This document shows, piece by piece, positions 36,428 to 46,127 of a stretch of DNA of 64,000 nucleotides. Under the pieces are notes generated by a model. The model saw only the letters and a program-made list of their open reading frames with translations. It searched no databases and had not been told where the DNA came from. Source of the stretch: Candidatus Atribacteria bacterium UBA6251 (GTDB lineage: Bacteria > Atribacterota > Phoenicimicrobiia > Phoenicimicrobiales > Phoenicimicrobiaceae); NCBI GenBank assembly GCA_002441285.1, contig DJVR01000064.1, positions 313-64,312 on the forward strand, written 5' to 3'. Every line of letters starts with the position of its first letter. The stretch's first letter is position 1. The position numbers and the translations under genes are program-made.

Positions 36428-37900
36428 ATGGCAAAAAATATAGAAGGCAAAGAAAAATTGAAAAAACTTTTATATTTCCATAACCCTTGGTGGATAGGCC
36501 ATAGAGTTCCAGACTCCCTCAAGCTAACTTACCGAAGGCCGGTATTAAAAAAGCTCCTCGAGTATTTTAAATTAGATAGGGCTATCCTTATTAAGGGACC
36601 GCGAAGGACAGGGAAGACTACCCTTCTTTACCAAATTATTGATGAATTAATAACTAAAAGAGAAATGCCAGCCCAAAATATAATTTATCTTTCCTGTGAT
36701 GACCCTGAATTAAAATTGCTCACCAGCTCTCCCTCAGATTCACGGATAAACCTGTCTGATATATTAGATGTTTATGAACAGCTAAGAGAAAAAACTATAA
36801 AAGAATTAAAACCCAATGAGAAGATTTATCTTTTTTTAGATGAAGTTCACTTCTGGGAAGGATGGCAGTTTGAAATAAAAAAATATTTTGATAAAAAATA
36901 TCCTCTTAAATTTATATTATCAGGTTCCTCAGCTTCTCTTATCAAGAGAGGGTCTGAATCATTAATGGGCAGGACCATAGAAGAGCTTATATTGCCCTTT
37001 AGTTTTTATGAGTTTTTATCCTGCCAGTTAAAAGATAAAAGATTAGATAAAATTATTCTTAATTTGCAGAAGGATTTTACCCCTTCTAATTTACTTAAAG
37101 GGGTAACCGGTCTTTTTTCGGACAGGGATAGTATATCGCCAATCGACCAGCTGATTCCCTATCAAAATAAAATTAAAATTCTTTTTGCCGAATATCTTAA
37201 TCGGGGAGGATTTCCCCATCTTCTAGAGGTAGAAAATCCTATTCTGTGGCAGAGGCTTCTTCGAGAAGATGTTATTGAAAAAGTTATTTATCGAGACCTG
37301 GTAGACCTTTACGAAATAAAAAAACCGCAGGTTCTGGAAAAATTTTTCCTCTATCTGGCCGGTCACTCTTCTGATATTATGAACATTACTAATATAGCTA
37401 ATTCCCTCTGCCTGAGCAGAGAATATACCCTAAAATATTTAAATTACCTTATCGAATCATTTTTAGTTTTTGGGATAAAAAAGTATTCTCCCTCGGTAGA
37501 AAAGCAGATTCGTAGTAATCAGAAGGTTTATCTTATCGATAGCGGTTTAATTACTGTCTTTGGAGGGGGAAATAACGAGAATAGGGTAGATGGCCAAAAA
37601 GTAGAGAGCTTGGTTGGCAGGTGTTTCTTAAAAGATAAAGTTTTTTATTGGAGGGAAAGAGAAGAAGTTGACTTTGTGCTTGATATAGATGGAGTCGGCA
37701 GTAATTCTCTTCTGCCTGTCGAAGTTAAATATCGTAATACTATTTTGCCAGGAGACCTGAAAGGGATAGTCAAATTTATGGGAAGGTATGGAGTTAGAGA
37801 AGGGGTGGTGGTTAGTAAAGATTTGTTGCAGAAGAGGGAACAGGATGATAAAATATTATGGCTAATCCCCGCCTGGCTAATTTTATTGTTAATAAGTTAA
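36428..37900 (+). CDS. AAA+ ATPase (AAA_14 plus DUF4143 architecture)
   Basis: Walker A GPRRTGKTTLL and Walker B LFLDEVH. The C-terminal VDFVL...PVEVKY block is typical of DUF4143 ATPases. Confidence 0.8.
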   Translation: MAKNIEGKEKLKKLLYFHNPWWIGHRVPDSLKLTYRRPVLKKLLEYFKLDRAILIKGPRRTGKTTLLYQIIDELITKREMPAQNIIYLSCDDPELKLLTSSPSDSRINLSDILDVYEQLREKTIKELKPNEKIYLFLDEVHFWEGWQFEIKKYFDKKYPLKFILSGSSASLIKRGSESLMGRTIEELILPFSFYEFLSCQLKDKRLDKIILNLQKDFTPSNLLKGVTGLFSDRDSISPIDQLIPYQNKIKILFAEYLNRGGFPHLLEVENPILWQRLLREDVIEKVIYRDLVDLYEIKKPQVLEKFFLYLAGHSSDIMNITNIANSLCLSREYTLKYLNYLIESFLVFGIKKYSPSVEKQIRSNQKVYLIDSGLITVFGGGNNENRVDGQKVESLVGRCFLKDKVFYWREREEVDFVLDIDGVGSNSLLPVEVKYRNTILPGDLKGIVKFMGRYGVREGVVVSKDLLQKREQDDKILWLIPAWLILLLIS

Positions 37901-37959
37901 ATAGAATTATAGTTTCAAGCCTCTTTGCTCTTTGTGAGTAAAAATTAAATCAATATATC

Positions 37960-37995
37960 TCCTCCCCCTTGAGGGGGGAGGATTAAGGTGGGGGT
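37960..37995. repeat. GC-rich hairpin repeat (TCCTCCCCC-ttgag-GGGGGAGGA-TTAAGGTGGGGG), copy 1
   Basis: 9-bp perfect stem. A reverse-complement copy (roughly 85% identity by eye) is at 62655-62697. Confidence 0.8.
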
Positions 37996-38065
37996 GAGAG
38001 AATATTTGATTGTATTTCTCTTACACTTGTAGCCAGCGCCTATACGCTAAACGTTGTATGCTAAC

Positions 38066-38083
38066 TAAATACTAACGACTAAA
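38066..38083 (-). repeat. TAGTCGTTAGTATTTAGT 18-mer (heptamer TAGTATT-type), minus orientation
   Basis: The reverse complement of actaaatactaacgacta. The same 16-18-mer is on the plus strand at 61442-61459 and 62638-62653. Confidence 0.8.
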
Positions 38084-38102
38084 AAAACAGGAGGTTTTTT
38101 AA

Positions 38103-39329
38103 ATGCCGGAAATACAGGAAGAAGAAATTGATTTACGAGAATACATTAATGTCTTACTAAAAAGAAAAGGAATTATTATCTTAATTTTTCTAATTGCGGT
38201 GATTACTGCCGCAGTGGTGAGCTATTTTGTTTTAAAACCTGTCTATGAGGCAAATGTAGTTATAACAGTTTCAACACCCAAGATTAAAAATTCACTTATA
38301 GACGAGATTTCTATAGAAGATTACAAAAACTTAATTAAAGATATTGAAATCGAAGAAGAACTAATACAAAAATTAAATTTAGACAAGGCTCCCTTCGAAC
38401 TAACCCCTTACGATTTAGATCAAATGCTTACCATAGAACTGCCAAAAGGTACTAATCTTATAAAAATAAGTTTACAGGCCTCTAATCCCAAGTTAACTAA
38501 AGATATAATTAATAACTGGGCAACTTTATTTGTAGAGAAAAACAAAAAATTATATTTCGATAAAGTAAAAAAAACTAAAATTAGCGTTGAAGATAGATTA
38601 AAATATGCTGAAAAGGATTATTTTGAAATTGAAGAGAAATTAATGAAATTTAATGAAACTGATAATGTGGAAACAATAGAAAATGAAATTAAATATAAAA
38701 CAACAAAAATATCAAATTTTAAATCAAGATTGATTGATATTCAATTATCTTTAGAAAAAGAAAAGGTAAAAAAAGAACAAATTGTTAAAGCAATAAGTGA
38801 GCAGGAAAAAATATTAAAATTAAATAAATCAATAGTTGATGACCTATTTTTCCAACAGTTAATATCTGACATTACAGATACTAATCTTGAAGTTGCTAAT
38901 CTGACCTATATTAGCGAAGTAACAAACCCAATTTATTATAATTTAGCTCAACAGTTAATTTCTACAGATATTTTAGTTAATTGTTTAATAGCAGAAGAGA
39001 ATCAATTGAAAAAATATATTAATGATTTTAATGCAAGTTTAGAAGATTTAAAAAAAGAATTAACTGAAAAAAAATTAATTCTATCCCAATTGAATAGAGA
39101 ATATAGTGTGAAAGAAAAATTGTATAATAATCTTCACAAGCAAGCTGAAGAAATTTGGCTTACCGAAACTGCCGAAAAAGATTTATTGAAGATTGCCAGT
39201 TTAGCTTATGAACCAAAATATCCTATTAAACCAAACAAAAAATTAAATATCTTAATCGCTGGAGTGCTTGGTCTATTCGTAGGTATATTTGCGGCTTTCT
39301 TCCTCGAATTCTGGCAAAAAGGAAAATAG
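38103..39329 (+). CDS. wzz: Wzz-type polysaccharide chain-length determinant (PCP family)
   Basis: N-terminal IDLREYINVLLKRKGIIILIFLIAVITAAVVSYF, a long coiled-coil periplasmic region, and a C-terminal TM helix LNILIAGVLGLFVGIFAAFFLEF. Confidence 0.75.
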   Translation: MPEIQEEEIDLREYINVLLKRKGIIILIFLIAVITAAVVSYFVLKPVYEANVVITVSTPKIKNSLIDEISIEDYKNLIKDIEIEEELIQKLNLDKAPFELTPYDLDQMLTIELPKGTNLIKISLQASNPKLTKDIINNWATLFVEKNKKLYFDKVKKTKISVEDRLKYAEKDYFEIEEKLMKFNETDNVETIENEIKYKTTKISNFKSRLIDIQLSLEKEKVKKEQIVKAISEQEKILKLNKSIVDDLFFQQLISDITDTNLEVANLTYISEVTNPIYYNLAQQLISTDILVNCLIAEENQLKKYINDFNASLEDLKKELTEKKLILSQLNREYSVKEKLYNNLHKQAEEIWLTETAEKDLLKIASLAYEPKYPIKPNKKLNILIAGVLGLFVGIFAAFFLEFWQKGK

Positions 39330-39336
39330 AAAATAT

Positions 39337-39360
39337 GTCATTCCTGCGCAAGCAGGAATC
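39337..39360. repeat. GTCATTCCTGC-GCAA-GCAGGAATC hairpin element (family D)
   Basis: 6-8 bp stem with a GNRA loop. A half copy gtcattcctg is at 39425. A related reverse copy is at 61604-61650. Confidence 0.7.
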
Positions 39361-39530
39361 TATTATTATTTTTTCTTATACCACAGGAAAAGGGTCCTGT
39401 GTTTTTACTGGAGTAGGCTTGCTTGTCATTCCTGAAATATAGGGGTTCAATGCATCGAGCTTGCGATAAACTTTTATGACCGCTGAAATTATTGCAAAAT
39501 GTAAAGTAATATACTTTATAATTGTAAATA

Positions 39531-39559
39531 TTGACAATTGTTTTACTTATTATTATAAT
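39531..39559 (+). promoter_or_regulatory. Sigma70-type promoter of vapBC with overlapping inverted repeat
   Basis: TTGACA (39531-39536), 17-nt spacer, TATAAT (39554-39559). An ATTGT-N8-ACAAT dyad overlaps the -35 box. Confidence 0.6.
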
Positions 39560-39596
39560 TAAGATGAATAATAGTATAGTAAAAGAAGGTGTAAAA

Positions 39597-39836
39597 ATGA
39601 AGACAATGATAACGATCAGCAGTAAATATCAAATTGTTATTCCTCGAGAGGTAAGGGAAAAATTAGATCTCAAAGCCGGAGACAAGCTAATAATAAAGAC
39701 CAATAAGGAAAAAATAATTATCTACCCCCAACCAAAAAGTTATGCAAAATACGCCTTAGGATTAGGAAAAGAAATTTGGCAAGGTATTGATGCAACTGAA
39801 TATGTGCGAAAGGAAAGGGAAACGTGGAAGACCTAA
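39597..39836 (+). CDS. vapB: AbrB/MazE/SpoVT-family antitoxin (VapB-like)
   Basis: ISSKYQIVIPREVREKLDLKAGDKLII motif. The ATG at 39597 is preferred over the track start at 39531 because of the RBS gaaggtg. Confidence 0.8.
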   Translation: MKTMITISSKYQIVIPREVREKLDLKAGDKLIIKTNKEKIIIYPQPKSYAKYALGLGKEIWQGIDATEYVRKERETWKT

Positions 39837-40258
39837 AAGGAAAGATAGTAGGTCTGGATACTATGGTTTTTATTTATCACTTTGAAGAGAATCAGCTATA
39901 TTCTCCTTTAACTTTTTCTATTTTTGAAAGCTTAGAAAAAGGAAATTTTAATGCCGTTACTTCTATACTTACTTTGTTAGAAATTTTGGTTAAACCCAAA
40001 AGAGAGAACAATTCAATTCTTACTGAAAGATATAAATTATTATTTGAAACCTTCCCTAATTTACAGGTGAAATCTCTTGATGAAAACATCGCCGATATTG
40101 CTTCCAGTTTAAGAGCTAACTATAATATTAATGTTCCCGATGCTATTCAGATAGCTAATTCCTTAGAAGCAAAAGCTGATATATTTATTACCAATGATGC
40201 AACTTTGAAAAAAATAACAGAAATAAAAGTTTTGTTATTAGATGAAATGTTAAAATAG
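39824..40258 (+). CDS. vapC: PIN-domain toxin (VapC-like)
   Basis: GLDTMVFIY (first acidic residue) ... FITNDATL (last Asp). The GTG start overlaps the antitoxin end. Confidence 0.8.
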   Translation: MEDLKGKIVGLDTMVFIYHFEENQLYSPLTFSIFESLEKGNFNAVTSILTLLEILVKPKRENNSILTERYKLLFETFPNLQVKSLDENIADIASSLRANYNINVPDAIQIANSLEAKADIFITNDATLKKITEIKVLLLDEMLK

Positions 40259-40297
40259 TCCATCTAGTTCTACCTAAAAACCGAAGGTTTTTATATT

Positions 40298-41092
40298 ATG
40301 AAAATAAACCAAAAAATATTTATATGGATATCTGTTATAATATTTTTATCAGCCAGTAATGTCTTTACTCTTGAAGTTTTTACCCAGAATCAGAATAATG
40401 AGTCTACACCCAAAACTGTTCCCCAAACTGTCCTGGTGGAATTATTTGTGCAATCGACTTGTACTACCTGTCCAACTGCTGAATTCTGTTTGGAAGATTT
40501 AGCCTGGGAATATGGCACCTCAAAATTTATCCTGGTGCAGGAACATCTCTGGGGAGATGGATATGATACCCCGGAAACTAATGCTCGTTATGATTGGTAT
40601 GTCGGAGAGGGAGATAAGGGAACTCCTGATGTATTTATAAATGGTTTAACCAAAAGATATCTGGGATTATTTTGTGAATGTGCGGAAGAGAATTATGAAT
40701 GTTATAAAAAGGCAATTGATGAAGAATTAGACAAACCATCTTTTCTTCAGATTTCTGCTACCTGGAGGCAAGAGGGGTCTGCTCTGATTATTGAAGGCAC
40801 AGTAAAAAATTTAAGTGATCAACCTTTAGAGAATCTAGCGGTAAGTGGTATGTTAGGTAGGGAGGAGAATGAACCAGGTCTCTATAATTACATTCAGGAC
40901 ATCTTTGCCTTTCAGGAAATACCAACTTTTTCTCCTGGAGCTATCTTTTCTTTCACTTTTTATCCCGAAATTAATTTTCCGCTTAATACTGATAGGGAAG
41001 AAAAAGAGGATATCTCTGAAGTTTTACACCTGGTGGTCTTTGTTCAGAATTTAGAGACCAAAAAAATTTTACAATCTTTTTATATAGAATAA
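40298..41092 (+). CDS. DUF1223-like thioredoxin-fold CxxC protein, paralogue 3
   Basis: TVLVELFVQSTCTTCPTAEF...LVQEHLWGDGY...TPDVFINGL and C-terminus ILQSFYIE. Has a signal peptide without a lipobox Cys. Confidence 0.7.
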   Translation: MKINQKIFIWISVIIFLSASNVFTLEVFTQNQNNESTPKTVPQTVLVELFVQSTCTTCPTAEFCLEDLAWEYGTSKFILVQEHLWGDGYDTPETNARYDWYVGEGDKGTPDVFINGLTKRYLGLFCECAEENYECYKKAIDEELDKPSFLQISATWRQEGSALIIEGTVKNLSDQPLENLAVSGMLGREENEPGLYNYIQDIFAFQEIPTFSPGAIFSFTFYPEINFPLNTDREEKEDISEVLHLVVFVQNLETKKILQSFYIE

Positions 41093-41167
41093 AAGAGAAC
41101 AGGCTACTTTTTATAACTATTATTCCGGATAATATAAAATCTATAAAAAAGTAACTTGTCCCTTTTT
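41091..41167. repeat. Family B inverted-repeat element copy 4
   Basis: Arms AAAAGAGAACAGGCTACTTTTT and AAAAAAGTAACTTGTCCCTTTTT. The left arm starts in the stop codon. Confidence 0.8.
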
Positions 41168-41191
41168 ATCTAAGGGAGGAAAACTTAAAAG

Positions 41192-43012
41192 ATGGATTAT
41201 TTAGAAAAATATAAATTTTGGTTAGAGAATGAATACTTTAGTGAGGAAGCAAAGGCTGAATTACGTGCTATTGCCGCTGATGAAGAGGAAATAAAGGATC
41301 GCTTTTATAAAGAATTGGAGTTTGGTACTGGAGGCTTGCGAGGTAAAATTGCAATAGGTACTAATCGAATGAATATCTACACTGTTTCTCGGGTTACCCA
41401 AGGGCTTGCCAATTATCTTATTGAAAAAGCCCAGGAAGAAATCCGAAAAGAAGAAAATATTCCTCCCTTAGAGTACCTACAGAAAGGTGTAGTTATTGCC
41501 TATGATTGCCGTCATCAATCTCGGGAATTTGCCGAAACTACCGCTTTAGTCCTTGCCGCCAACCACATTAAAGTTTATCTTTTTTCCGATATTCGTCCTA
41601 CTCCTGAACTTTCTTTTGCCGTAATCCATCTTAAAGCTATTGCCGGTATAGTAATTACTGCCAGTCATAATCCACCAGAGTATAATGGTTATAAAGTTTA
41701 TGGACCTGATGGCGGACAGGTGATCCCGGAGATCGCCAACCGCATTACTGCTCATATCAATCGAATTACAGATTATTCCTTGATTCAGAAAATAGAACGT
41801 CCTACTGCCCTTCAACAAGGACTTCTAAAAATAATAGGAGAAGAAGTAGATTCTCAGTATTTAAAAAAAGTTCAAGGGCTTGCCATTCGCTCCCATTTTC
41901 CCGGTGAAATAGATCCGTCTATAAAAATCGTTTATACTCCCCTCCATGGGGCAGGGTATCAGCCCATTAGTACTATTTTAAAACAACAAGGCTTTACCCA
42001 TCTCTATTTCGTTAAAGAACAAATTCCTCCTGATCCTGAATTCTCTACCGTAGAATCACCCAATCCGGAAAATCCCGCTGCCTTTAAGTTAGCTATTCAG
42101 TTAGCTCAAAAAGTTGAGGCCGAAATTATTCTAGCTACCGATCCTGATGCAGATAGACTGGCTTTAGCCGTGAAATCTCCATCCTCTTCTAACTCTCCTT
42201 CTACCTCTAACCCTCCTTTTTCCTATACTATCCTTAATGGCAATCAGGTAGGGGTTCTTCTACTTCACTATATCTTAAGTAGTAAACAAGAAAAACAACA
42301 GCTCCCCCCAAATAGTTTTATAGTGAAAACAGTAGTAACCAGTGATATGTCCCGGGTAATTGCGGCAGATTTTGGCGTAGAAACCTACGAAACTCTCACT
42401 GGATTTAAATTTATCTGTAATAAAGCTATTCAGGTGGAAGAAAAGGAGAAAAAGAATTTTCTTTTTGGTTATGAAGAAAGTATCGGATATTTAACCGGAA
42501 CCTTTGTTCGGGATAAGGATGCGATTATTTCTGCCCTCTTAATCAGTGAGATGGCTGCCTATTATTTCCGGCAAAAAAAGAATTTATTTCAGGTCTTACA
42601 GGAACTTTATCAAAAATACGGATACTATCAGGAAGAAGGACATTCGGTCTATCTGGAAGGAATGGAAGGGGAACAAAAGATGGCTCAGATTATGGAAACC
42701 TTTAGAAAGGAACTTCCTCCCATTCCAGGAATGGAAATCCTTCGCTATGAGGATATTCTTACTGGCACCAGCTATAATCTAAAAACTCAGCAAACCAAAA
42801 GCCTCGACTTACCTTCTTCCAATGTCTTAAAGATTGTCTTTACTGATGGCTCCTGGTATTGCCTTCGTCCCTCTGGCACAGAACCTAAAATCAAATTCTA
42901 TTTTTCTTTTTCTGCTCCGACTCAGAAGGAAGCCCAGCAAAAACTAAACCTTACCAAATCCATCATCTTAAAAAAGATAGATTCTTTGATCGGGGAGACC
43001 GAAAAAATCTAA
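41192..43012 (+). CDS. Alpha-D-phosphohexomutase (phosphoglucomutase/phosphomannomutase)
   Basis: Active-site loop TASHNPPEYNGYKVY, metal loop DPDADR and sugar loop GYEESIG. Contains a Ser/Pro low-complexity insert (SPSSSNSPSTSNPP). Confidence 0.9.
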   Translation: MDYLEKYKFWLENEYFSEEAKAELRAIAADEEEIKDRFYKELEFGTGGLRGKIAIGTNRMNIYTVSRVTQGLANYLIEKAQEEIRKEENIPPLEYLQKGVVIAYDCRHQSREFAETTALVLAANHIKVYLFSDIRPTPELSFAVIHLKAIAGIVITASHNPPEYNGYKVYGPDGGQVIPEIANRITAHINRITDYSLIQKIERPTALQQGLLKIIGEEVDSQYLKKVQGLAIRSHFPGEIDPSIKIVYTPLHGAGYQPISTILKQQGFTHLYFVKEQIPPDPEFSTVESPNPENPAAFKLAIQLAQKVEAEIILATDPDADRLALAVKSPSSSNSPSTSNPPFSYTILNGNQVGVLLLHYILSSKQEKQQLPPNSFIVKTVVTSDMSRVIAADFGVETYETLTGFKFICNKAIQVEEKEKKNFLFGYEESIGYLTGTFVRDKDAIISALLISEMAAYYFRQKKNLFQVLQELYQKYGYYQEEGHSVYLEGMEGEQKMAQIMETFRKELPPIPGMEILRYEDILTGTSYNLKTQQTKSLDLPSSNVLKIVFTDGSWYCLRPSGTEPKIKFYFSFSAPTQKEAQQKLNLTKSIILKKIDSLIGETEKI

Positions 43013-43237
43013 CTATAAATAAAAAATAGTATTTACAAAATATTTTTGTTTTTATAAAATTAATAAATACAAAACTTTTTAAATCTGTTATTTTTAAAAC
43101 CTCAAAGCTTAATTAAAATTTTTTATTAAAACCTAATATTATTTTTATTAGCTAATTTCCTTCCAAACTAAGGCGGTAGAAGGGGTTTAAATTAAAAGTA
43201 AGGGTAAAGAGCGTAAATAAGAGACTCGGGAGATAAA

Positions 43238-44161
43238 ATGTTTTCATTAAAAAATAAAAAAAATCTTAGCAATAAAATCTTTCTCTTTTCAATCTTAATT
43301 TACTTATTCACTACTATTTTATGGCTTTCCTACTTTGAAATCAAAGACCCTTCTTCCTACGATATGGAAGATATATTTTTTGAGGGAATGTATCTATCTA
43401 TTGCTGGTATTTGCTTTTTCTTTATCAATAAACTAAAATCTGCTTCCTTTAATCTAGGCTGGGGTTTATATGTCTGGGGATTAGTGATCAATATTCTTGA
43501 TGAGTTTACTTCAGAACCTGGCTTTTATGATACTGTATTAGAAGGGATGATTGTTATTGCTGGATTAGTAGTAATTACCTACCATATCTATACTTTCTAT
43601 TTTCAACAACAGAAATTGGGAAAAAGATTAATCTACTTAGCTACTCATGACCCCATAACTAACTCTTATAATCGCCGCTATTTAAAGATATTGATTCGCG
43701 AAGAAGAAAAACGTTCTAAAAGATATAATCACCAGATAGGATTGATGATGATGGATATTGATAGATTCAAAGAACTTAACGATAAGTTTGGTCATCAAAT
43801 GGGGGATAAAGTTTTGCGTCGGGTGGCTAAATTTTTGGAAACTCAATTCCGAGTAGTGGATAGGGTTATTCGCTATGGGGGAGATGAATTTCTGATTGTC
43901 CTACCTGAAACTCAAAGCCTTAAAGACCTTAATCAACTTAAAGAACGACTAAAGGAAAAATTTAAAGAGGAGAAATTTGAGGAGCTTCCTACCGATTTTA
44001 GTTTCTCTCTTTCTATTGGTTGCGCCCTATGGAACCCCACTCAGGCTGCTTCCGTAGAAAATATGATTGATCAAGCCGACAAACAGATGTATCAAGAAAA
44101 GGAAAAGGGGAAAAACAATTATTCCCTCTCTCCTTCTTCCAACTTCCACTCTAAAACCTAA
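43238..44161 (+). CDS. Membrane-anchored diguanylate cyclase (GGDEF) with intact I-site
   Basis: Several N-terminal TM helices. RYGGDEF is preceded by RVVD five residues upstream (RxxD I-site). Confidence 0.85.
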   Translation: MFSLKNKKNLSNKIFLFSILIYLFTTILWLSYFEIKDPSSYDMEDIFFEGMYLSIAGICFFFINKLKSASFNLGWGLYVWGLVINILDEFTSEPGFYDTVLEGMIVIAGLVVITYHIYTFYFQQQKLGKRLIYLATHDPITNSYNRRYLKILIREEEKRSKRYNHQIGLMMMDIDRFKELNDKFGHQMGDKVLRRVAKFLETQFRVVDRVIRYGGDEFLIVLPETQSLKDLNQLKERLKEKFKEEKFEELPTDFSFSLSIGCALWNPTQAASVENMIDQADKQMYQEKEKGKNNYSLSPSSNFHSKT

Positions 44162-44581
44162 AAAATCTTAAAAATTCTAAATCCTAATTTTGTTCAATTT
44201 TAGAATAATTATAATCTATCTTCTGCATATTATTTTTTTATTAGTCTGCCCCCCATATCTATTGGTTATTTCATTATATATTGTGGTAATAGGTAATAAG
44301 ATATAAAACATAAACAGGCCAAGGCTAAAAAAGAGATGAATCTTTTTCTACTATTTAATTAATATTATTTGTTCTTTAGCAAAATCCTGAGTTTTTAATA
44401 TGAAATATTAAATTTTTAAGCTTATAATAACCATAGGAAGAATGAAAAAATATAAAGATAAAAGTAAATAAAATTTGCAACTAAAAATAGATCGAGAATT
44501 AAAAAACATTACACTTAGAACATTAAAAACTCTTCCTGCAATTCTATTTACCGCTTTACTTCAATCATAAATTTAAATAAA

Positions 44582-44642
44582 TTGACTTTTCTTTCTTTCC
44601 ATTTTATAATGGTAAAGGTACTAAGTTCACATCTTGAACATT
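44582..44642 (+). promoter_or_regulatory. Sigma70-type promoter plus AAGTTCA-N5-TGAACATT operator (site 1)
   Basis: TTGACT (44582-44587), 17-nt spacer, TATAAT (44605-44610). The palindrome is at 44623-44642. Confidence 0.65.
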
Positions 44643-44789
44643 AATGAGCAGGCTGGTAAGCTAACCAATTAATTAGGGGACTCTTAAATTGGTTGATTAG
44701 TAATTATTGCTTAGCCATTATCGATTAGCAATTGCTGTTTGCCTTTTGCCTTGGTTGATTGATACACCGTATAATTGAAAGGACTCCTT

Positions 44790-45425
44790 ATGATGCAAAA
44801 AGATGAACTAAATACCCTTTTAGAAATAAAAGAAAATCCATCAACCACTCAAAGATCACTATCTCGTAAACTTAACATCTCCTTAGGTCTTACCAATGCC
44901 ATTTTAAAGAACCTGATTGAGCGTGGCTGGATTAAGGTACAAAAATTAACCGGTCGTAAAATCCTTTATCTTATCACTCCTAAAGGAATGATGCGGGTAA
45001 CTAACTTGCTCTACGAACGGTTTCACGAAACCCAGCACTACTGTCAGCATACCAAGGATTTAATCAACCATTATTTTATAGAACTCTACCAGCAGGGGAT
45101 TCGGGAAGTAGCCCTCTACGGCATCAATCAGCTCTCGGAAATAACCTATCTTGCCCTCCTGGATAGCCCTCTGAAATTGCACTCCATCCTCAATAATGAC
45201 CCTTCATCCCCTAAAAAGAAATTCCTGGGTCATGAGGTGCTAACTTTATCCGACTTTTTTCAAAGAATATCCGATACACCAAATCCCGAAAACTTAATCA
45301 TACTTTCTACCGTCAATTATGAAGGTAATAAAATCCTGAATGCTGAAAGAAAAAAATGGGAAAACATATCCCAAAAGATTAAAATATTCAATCTCGAAGA
45401 TCTCTTAAAAAATAATACCCAATAA
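44790..45425 (+). CDS. EPS-associated MarR-type winged-helix regulator with C-terminal Rossmann-like domain
   Basis: LNTLLEIKENPSTTQRSLSRKLNISLGLTNAILKNLIERGWIKVQKLTGRKILYLITPKG resembles the EPS-associated MarR subfamily. The track start at 44775 is TTG. The ATG at 44790/44793 is preferred. Confidence 0.7.
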   Translation: MMQKDELNTLLEIKENPSTTQRSLSRKLNISLGLTNAILKNLIERGWIKVQKLTGRKILYLITPKGMMRVTNLLYERFHETQHYCQHTKDLINHYFIELYQQGIREVALYGINQLSEITYLALLDSPLKLHSILNNDPSSPKKKFLGHEVLTLSDFFQRISDTPNPENLIILSTVNYEGNKILNAERKKWENISQKIKIFNLEDLLKNNTQ

Positions 45426-45437
45426 CAGAGGGGTAAA

Positions 45438-45492
45438 TTGACAGGCCATTCTTTCTATGGTATATTTTATATAAGTTCATATTATGAACATT
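45438..45492 (+). promoter_or_regulatory. Sigma70-type promoter plus AAGTTCA-N5-TGAACATT operator (site 2)
   Basis: TTGACA (45438-45443), 17-nt spacer, TATATT (45461-45466). The palindrome is at 45473-45492. Confidence 0.65.
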
Positions 45493-45494
45493 CT

Positions 45495-45532
45495 GTCATT
45501 GCCAGGGGGGCTTTAGCAACCGAAACAATCTC
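45495..45532. repeat. GTCATTGC...CAATCTC element (family E), intergenic copy
   Basis: gtcattgccaggggggctttagcaaccgaaacaatctc. It shares its termini with the copy inside ugd. Confidence 0.6.
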
Positions 45533-46032
45533 TACTTACAACCTAAAAAGATATAAATTATCTCATTACCTTGCACTTTGAAATGCTTAATATACAAGGG
45601 TTTCAGAACCCTCTTAAAATTATAAAAAATATTCATCACGAAAATCGTCTCCAAAGCAAGTAAAAGAGTGCCATAAATAGCCTTTTGAGCTCTTGAAAGG
45701 GTTGCTATATAAGGCTTTCAAGTGATATTCGCGTATAACGCGTATAATGCATTTTTTTGAAGTCCATAAGGTAAAACCCTTTAAATTTCAAAAAAATGCT
45801 TAATATGAGCGTTCTATTAGATCTAGCCCAAAAGGCTTTTATGATAAGGGTTTCCGACAGCTCAATAATGAAATAATTAACTAATGCTTAGCTTAGTGGG
45901 ATAGATAATCGTTCACTGTTTCAGGAAAATTAAATATTAGAAATAATTGGTCAATTGAATAACCTGGCAACTTTTTTAAAACTGTAAACTTTACATTTGC
46001 AACTTGCATCTAACTTTTCATCCTGAATTTTT

Positions 46033-46104
46033 AACCGGTAAATCGGGTAACTGGTTAACTGGTGAACTGAGTCTGACCGCTAGACTGGAAGACTGGGAGA
46101 CTAA
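46033..46104. repeat. Octamer-periodic tract (ACTGGNNA units x8)
   Basis: aaccggta|aatcgggta|actggtta|actggtga|actgagtctg|accgctag|actggaag|actgggag|acta, immediately upstream of the ugd RBS. Confidence 0.75.
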
Positions 46105-46127
46105 ATTTTATAAACGGAAGGAATAAA

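Noticed and set aside
36428-37900. AAA+ ATPase (DUF4143) as a defence-system component.
   Set aside because: It is a solitary gene with no nuclease, methylase or other partner genes adjacent. This family is widespread as a stand-alone gene, and nothing in the sequence supports a system.
43238-44161. GGDEF protein as part of a novel signalling system.
   Set aside because: It is a standard membrane-anchored diguanylate cyclase with a canonical GGDEF motif and RxxD I-site next to an exopolysaccharide locus. That is an ordinary arrangement.
45540-45900. Possible degenerate CRISPR-like array. Recurring words include aatgcttaatat, caagggtttcaga, taaggctttcaag and taagggtttccga.
   Set aside because: The recurring words are short and non-identical, and their spacing is irregular (about 113 and 137 nt). 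No repeat of 24 nt or more with constant spacers exists, and there are no cas genes in the window.
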